A DNA stretch of 64,000 bases from an uncultured Collinsella sp. GTDB taxonomy: Bacteria; Actinomycetota; Coriobacteriia; Coriobacteriales; Coriobacteriaceae. A program made the translations under genes and the position numbers. Location of the stretch: NCBI GenBank assembly GCA_900759335.1, contig CAAEUX010000102.1:78713-142712 (forward strand). The letters run 5' to 3'. This document shows positions 62,622-64,000 of the stretch, one piece after another. Numbering within the stretch: the first letter of the stretch is position 1; every line of letters begins with the position of its first letter. A model generated the notes under the pieces. The model was not told where the DNA came from, ran no database searches, and saw only the letters and a program-made list of their open reading frames with translations.

Positions 62622-63725
62622 ATGGCGACGATGAACGAAAAAGATTACTACGAGATTCTGGGTGTCTCCAAGGACGCCACCTCGCGTGATATTCAAAAGG
62701 CCTTCCAGCAAAAGGCCCGCAAGCTCCATCCGGACGTCAACAAAGAGCCGGATGCCGAGGAAAAGTTTAAAGAGGTTTCCGAGGCCTACGCCGTGCTTTC
62801 GGACGAGCAGAAGCGTTCGCGCTACGACGCCATGCGTTCGGGCAACCCCTTCGCCGGCGCTCCTACGGCTTCGCCCTATGGCGGCGGCTACGCCGGTAGC
62901 GCGGGCTATGGCAATCCCTTTGAGGGCGGTTTTCCCTTTGGTGGCGCCTGGGGCCAGCCGCGTCGCGGGCAGGCTGCCTACAATCCCGAGAACGGCGCCA
63001 ACGTGGTCGTCGATATCAAACTCGACGCCAAGGAGGCCAAGGGCGGTGCCCGCAAGACCGTCCGCTACACGCGCTTCGACACTTGTGGTCACTGCGGCGG
63101 CTCGGGCTCCGTTTCGTCTGAGCATGCCCATACCTGCCCGAGCTGCGGTGGCCGCGGCCACATCGACGTTGACCTGTCCTTCCTGTTTGGTGCAGGCACG
63201 TTCCAGTCGGTCTGCCCCGAGTGCGGCGGTTCCGGTAAGGTCGTGGCCGACCCCTGCCCTGATTGCGGTGGCAGCGGTCGTACTCGCGTAACCTCCGAGC
63301 AGACGATTGAGTTTCCCGCCGGCACGCACGATGGCGACGAGGTCCGCATTAGCGGCATGGGGCATGCTGGCACCAACGGTGCCGCGGGCGGCGACCTGGT
63401 CGGCCGCGCCCATGTTGAAGCCGAGCGCTTGGAAGGCAAAGCTCGTACCGGTTTTTACCTGATGGGCATCGTGGCGCCGTTTTTGGTGCTGTCGGCCATT
63501 TCGGGCGTGTTCTCGGCCTTTGCCGTGATGTGCTTTATTCCGTTTACCATGGGCCTGTTTATGGTGCTTTCGGACGGTGTGCTTCATCGTAGTCTGCTGT
63601 GGTGGAAGCGCGGTGCGATGCAGTTTGCCAACGGTTTTGCCAACGGCTTCATGTTCGCGCTCGTGTCGGTTTGGTTCGCGAGCTGCTCGCAACGTGCCAT
63701 GCTTTCGCCCTACGCAATGCAATAA
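62622..63725 (+). CDS. Atypical DnaJ-like protein: J-domain, G/F-rich linker and 4x CxxCxGxG zinc finger, with a predicted hydrophobic C-terminal membrane anchor replacing CTD-II and the dimerisation domain.
   Basis: HPD motif ([10 protein letters not shown]). Zinc-finger repeats [36 protein letters not shown]. Two long hydrophobic segments near the C-terminus ([39 protein letters not shown] and [21 protein letters not shown]). AGGAGG RBS 9 nt before the ATG at 62622. Confidence 0.8.
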   Translation: MATMNEKDYYEILGVSKDATSRDIQKAFQQKARKLHPDVNKEPDAEEKFKEVSEAYAVLSDEQKRSRYDAMRSGNPFAGAPTASPYGGGYAGSAGYGNPFEGGFPFGGAWGQPRRGQAAYNPENGANVVVDIKLDAKEAKGGARKTVRYTRFDTCGHCGGSGSVSSEHAHTCPSCGGRGHIDVDLSFLFGAGTFQSVCPECGGSGKVVADPCPDCGGSGRTRVTSEQTIEFPAGTHDGDEVRISGMGHAGTNGAAGGDLVGRAHVEAERLEGKARTGFYLMGIVAPFLVLSAISGVFSAFAVMCFIPFTMGLFMVLSDGVLHRSLLWWKRGAMQFANGFANGFMFALVSVWFASCSQRAMLSPYAMQ

Positions 63726-63806
63726 CATCAAACCCTCTGTTTGCGGTCGGCCCAGCTTGGGTATAGGACGCACTGTGACAATAATGAAAGTCGGAAGGAT
63801 TCGGTC

Positions 63807-64000
63807 GTGTCGGAAAATAGGGATTACTACGAGGTACTTGGCGTCGACAAGGATGCCGACGCGCGGACGATTAAGCGCGCGTTTCTAAAGAAGGCCCGTA
63901 CCGTACACCCGGACGTTTCGGACGACCCCGAGGCCGAGGCCAAGTTCAAGGAGCTCAACGAGGCCTATTCCGTTCTTTCCGATGAGCAGAAGCGTGCTAA
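63807..64000 (+). CDS. dnaJ: Canonical chaperone DnaJ; only the N-terminal 64 codons are present, as the gene is truncated by the window end.
   Basis: GTG start gives [64 protein letters not shown], a textbook J-domain. GGAAGGA RBS. Confidence 0.85.
   Translation, partial: MSENRDYYEVLGVDKDADARTIKRAFLKKARTVHPDVSDDPEAEAKFKELNEAYSVLSDEQKRA

Noticed and set aside
62454-63773. 439-aa minus-strand ORF opposite the DnaJ-like gene
   Set aside because: Antisense artefact; the sense strand encodes clear J-domain and zinc-finger motifs.

Overview
This is a high-GC, almost entirely plus-strand block of core housekeeping genes. The mihF-gmk-rpoZ arrangement marks it as an actinobacterium, and the Firmicutes-like dprA-trmFO-xerC and pyrR operon organisation points to Coriobacteriia; that is an inference from the sequence, not a database match.

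Gene order along the window:
- Cell shape: mreC-mreD-mrdA(PBP2)-rodA, an unknown 309-aa ORF, and a TIGR03960/TIGR03936 radical-SAM pair.
- Ribosome/GTPase cluster: rplU-rpmA-obg-nadD-yqeK-rsfS.
- dinB on the minus strand.
- rpsP, KH-domain protein, rimM-trmD-lepB, glyQS.
- PPDK regulatory protein, ppdK, then a relocated rplS.
- rnhB-yraN-comM(yifB)-dprA-trmFO-xerC.
- rpsB-tsf-pyrH-frr-uppS-cdsA-dxr-rseP-ispG-proS.
- Minus strand: an APH-family kinase, adhE, rpmB.
- pyrR-pyrB-pyrC-pyrK-pyrD-pyrF.
- mihF-gmk-rpoZ-thiI, comEA-comEC-holA, rpsT, lepA-dus-hemW.
- A DnaJ-like protein with a C-terminal membrane anchor, then the start of a canonical dnaJ.

No rRNA, tRNA, CRISPR array or intact mobile element was seen.

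The features worth a second look are:
- a membrane-anchored DnaJ-like protein;
- a decayed RAYT/IS200-like transposase fragment bracketed by perfect 25-bp inverted repeats between rpmB and adhE;
- a small family of stop-codon-abutting palindromic repeats (three copies, two of them inverted around ppdK's upstream region);
- helically phased TTTACC repeats upstream of ppdK;
- an uncharacterised ORF inside the cell-shape operon;
- a xerC whose conserved N-terminus has no canonical start codon;
- an rseP with an inserted domain.

Many long antisense ORFs in the supplied track are GC-driven mirror artefacts and were rejected.
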